Source: Octopus sinensis (lineage: Eukaryota). From it: a DNA stretch of 64,000 nt. The stretch's first letter is position 1. Each line of letters begins with the position of its first letter. A program made the position numbers and the translations under genes. Shown here piece by piece: positions 63,096 through 64,000 of this stretch. Where the stretch lies: positions 189,348,001 to 189,412,000 of the forward strand of contig NC_042998.1 of the NCBI RefSeq assembly GCF_006345805.1. The letters are read 5' to 3'. The notes below the pieces were generated by a model that was given only the letters and a program-made list of their open reading frames with translations, searched no databases and had not been told where the DNA came from.

Positions 63096-64000
63096 CAGCA
63101 TCACACTCTGAGAATTAGATGCTGCTATCTCATCAGCTACAGTGCCATATCTAGTTTCTAAATAATATTGATCATAGCTTTTCACTGTAAAAAGCTATGT
63201 ATGTTTAACTCCTCAAATTCCTGTGGTAGGAGTATACATTGCTATATCTACATCGTAACCTCTGTTCCAGCCTCTCTCTCTTTGTCAAGCTACAACTAAC
63301 TCACAACATAACACCATGTGACTGTAGCATAAATTGCTTTATTTGATGCCCTAGACAAATGTTTGTATAACACTTGACTTTATATGGCAGTCAGCAGCCT
63401 TTTATCTACTATCTGAAATGATGCACTATTATTAGCATTGTCATCATCATCAATTTACATCCATTTTTACATGCTGATATGGTCTGGGAGTGTGGTCACA
63501 ATCTGAGTCAGTTCTTATTCAGAGATTCTGCTCTCCTATGTGGGTTAAAGGACCATATCTCACTCGTATGTTCTATTTTCTTTTGTTTTTATGACTGATG
63601 GCCTTTTCAAATACCAACAAACTTTACAGATTGTACTGGATGCATTTTACAAGCACCAGCATTAGAGAGGTTGCCATGTCCTCAACAGGAGTAAAGGACC
63701 TTCTTGATGCTACATCAACAGAGATAATGTAGTACTGCTTTACACAGTGGCTTGCATGCATTTTATTGTAGCATCAGAACTAGTGAGTTTGTCTTATGCC
63801 ACAGAAGACTAGGGTCAAAGCAATGAAATCAAGAGAATGAAAAAAACAATGATTGAAATGAGAAGGTGTTGGAAATAGTATTGAAAGAAAGAGTGGTGGC
63901 AGCTGAGTGATTGCTACCAGGGATAGAGAAAGAGAGAGAGACAGACAGTAGTAAAGATGCGTGATGAAAAGATAGATGTCAATTATTAGTTACCTGTGGT

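Overview
AT-rich, repeat-dense animal genomic DNA. The repeat content suggests an octopus or other coleoid cephalopod (inference). There are two convergent spliced genes. POLR3C (RPC62, RNA polymerase III subunit C3) has a complete 15-exon CDS on + (12479-42677, 1557 nt, 518 aa) in which all phases join. The last seven coding exons of DDX10 lie on - (61242 down to the stop at 47024). Introns and intergenic DNA hold about 30 5'-truncated RTE-type LINE 3' ends, two tRNA-derived SINE families, CR1, gypsy and mariner remnants, Merlin-like, piggyBac-like and mariner-like MITEs with intact TSDs, two Helitrons and a solo LTR. The most notable items are two minimal hammerhead-ribozyme motifs (one with an intact core about 850 nt upstream of the POLR3C ATG), a U12-type intron in POLR3C, and a 203-bp direct repeat flanking an RTE insertion. 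I see no clear evidence of a wholly new multi-gene system. Family names come from remembered motifs, not database searches.
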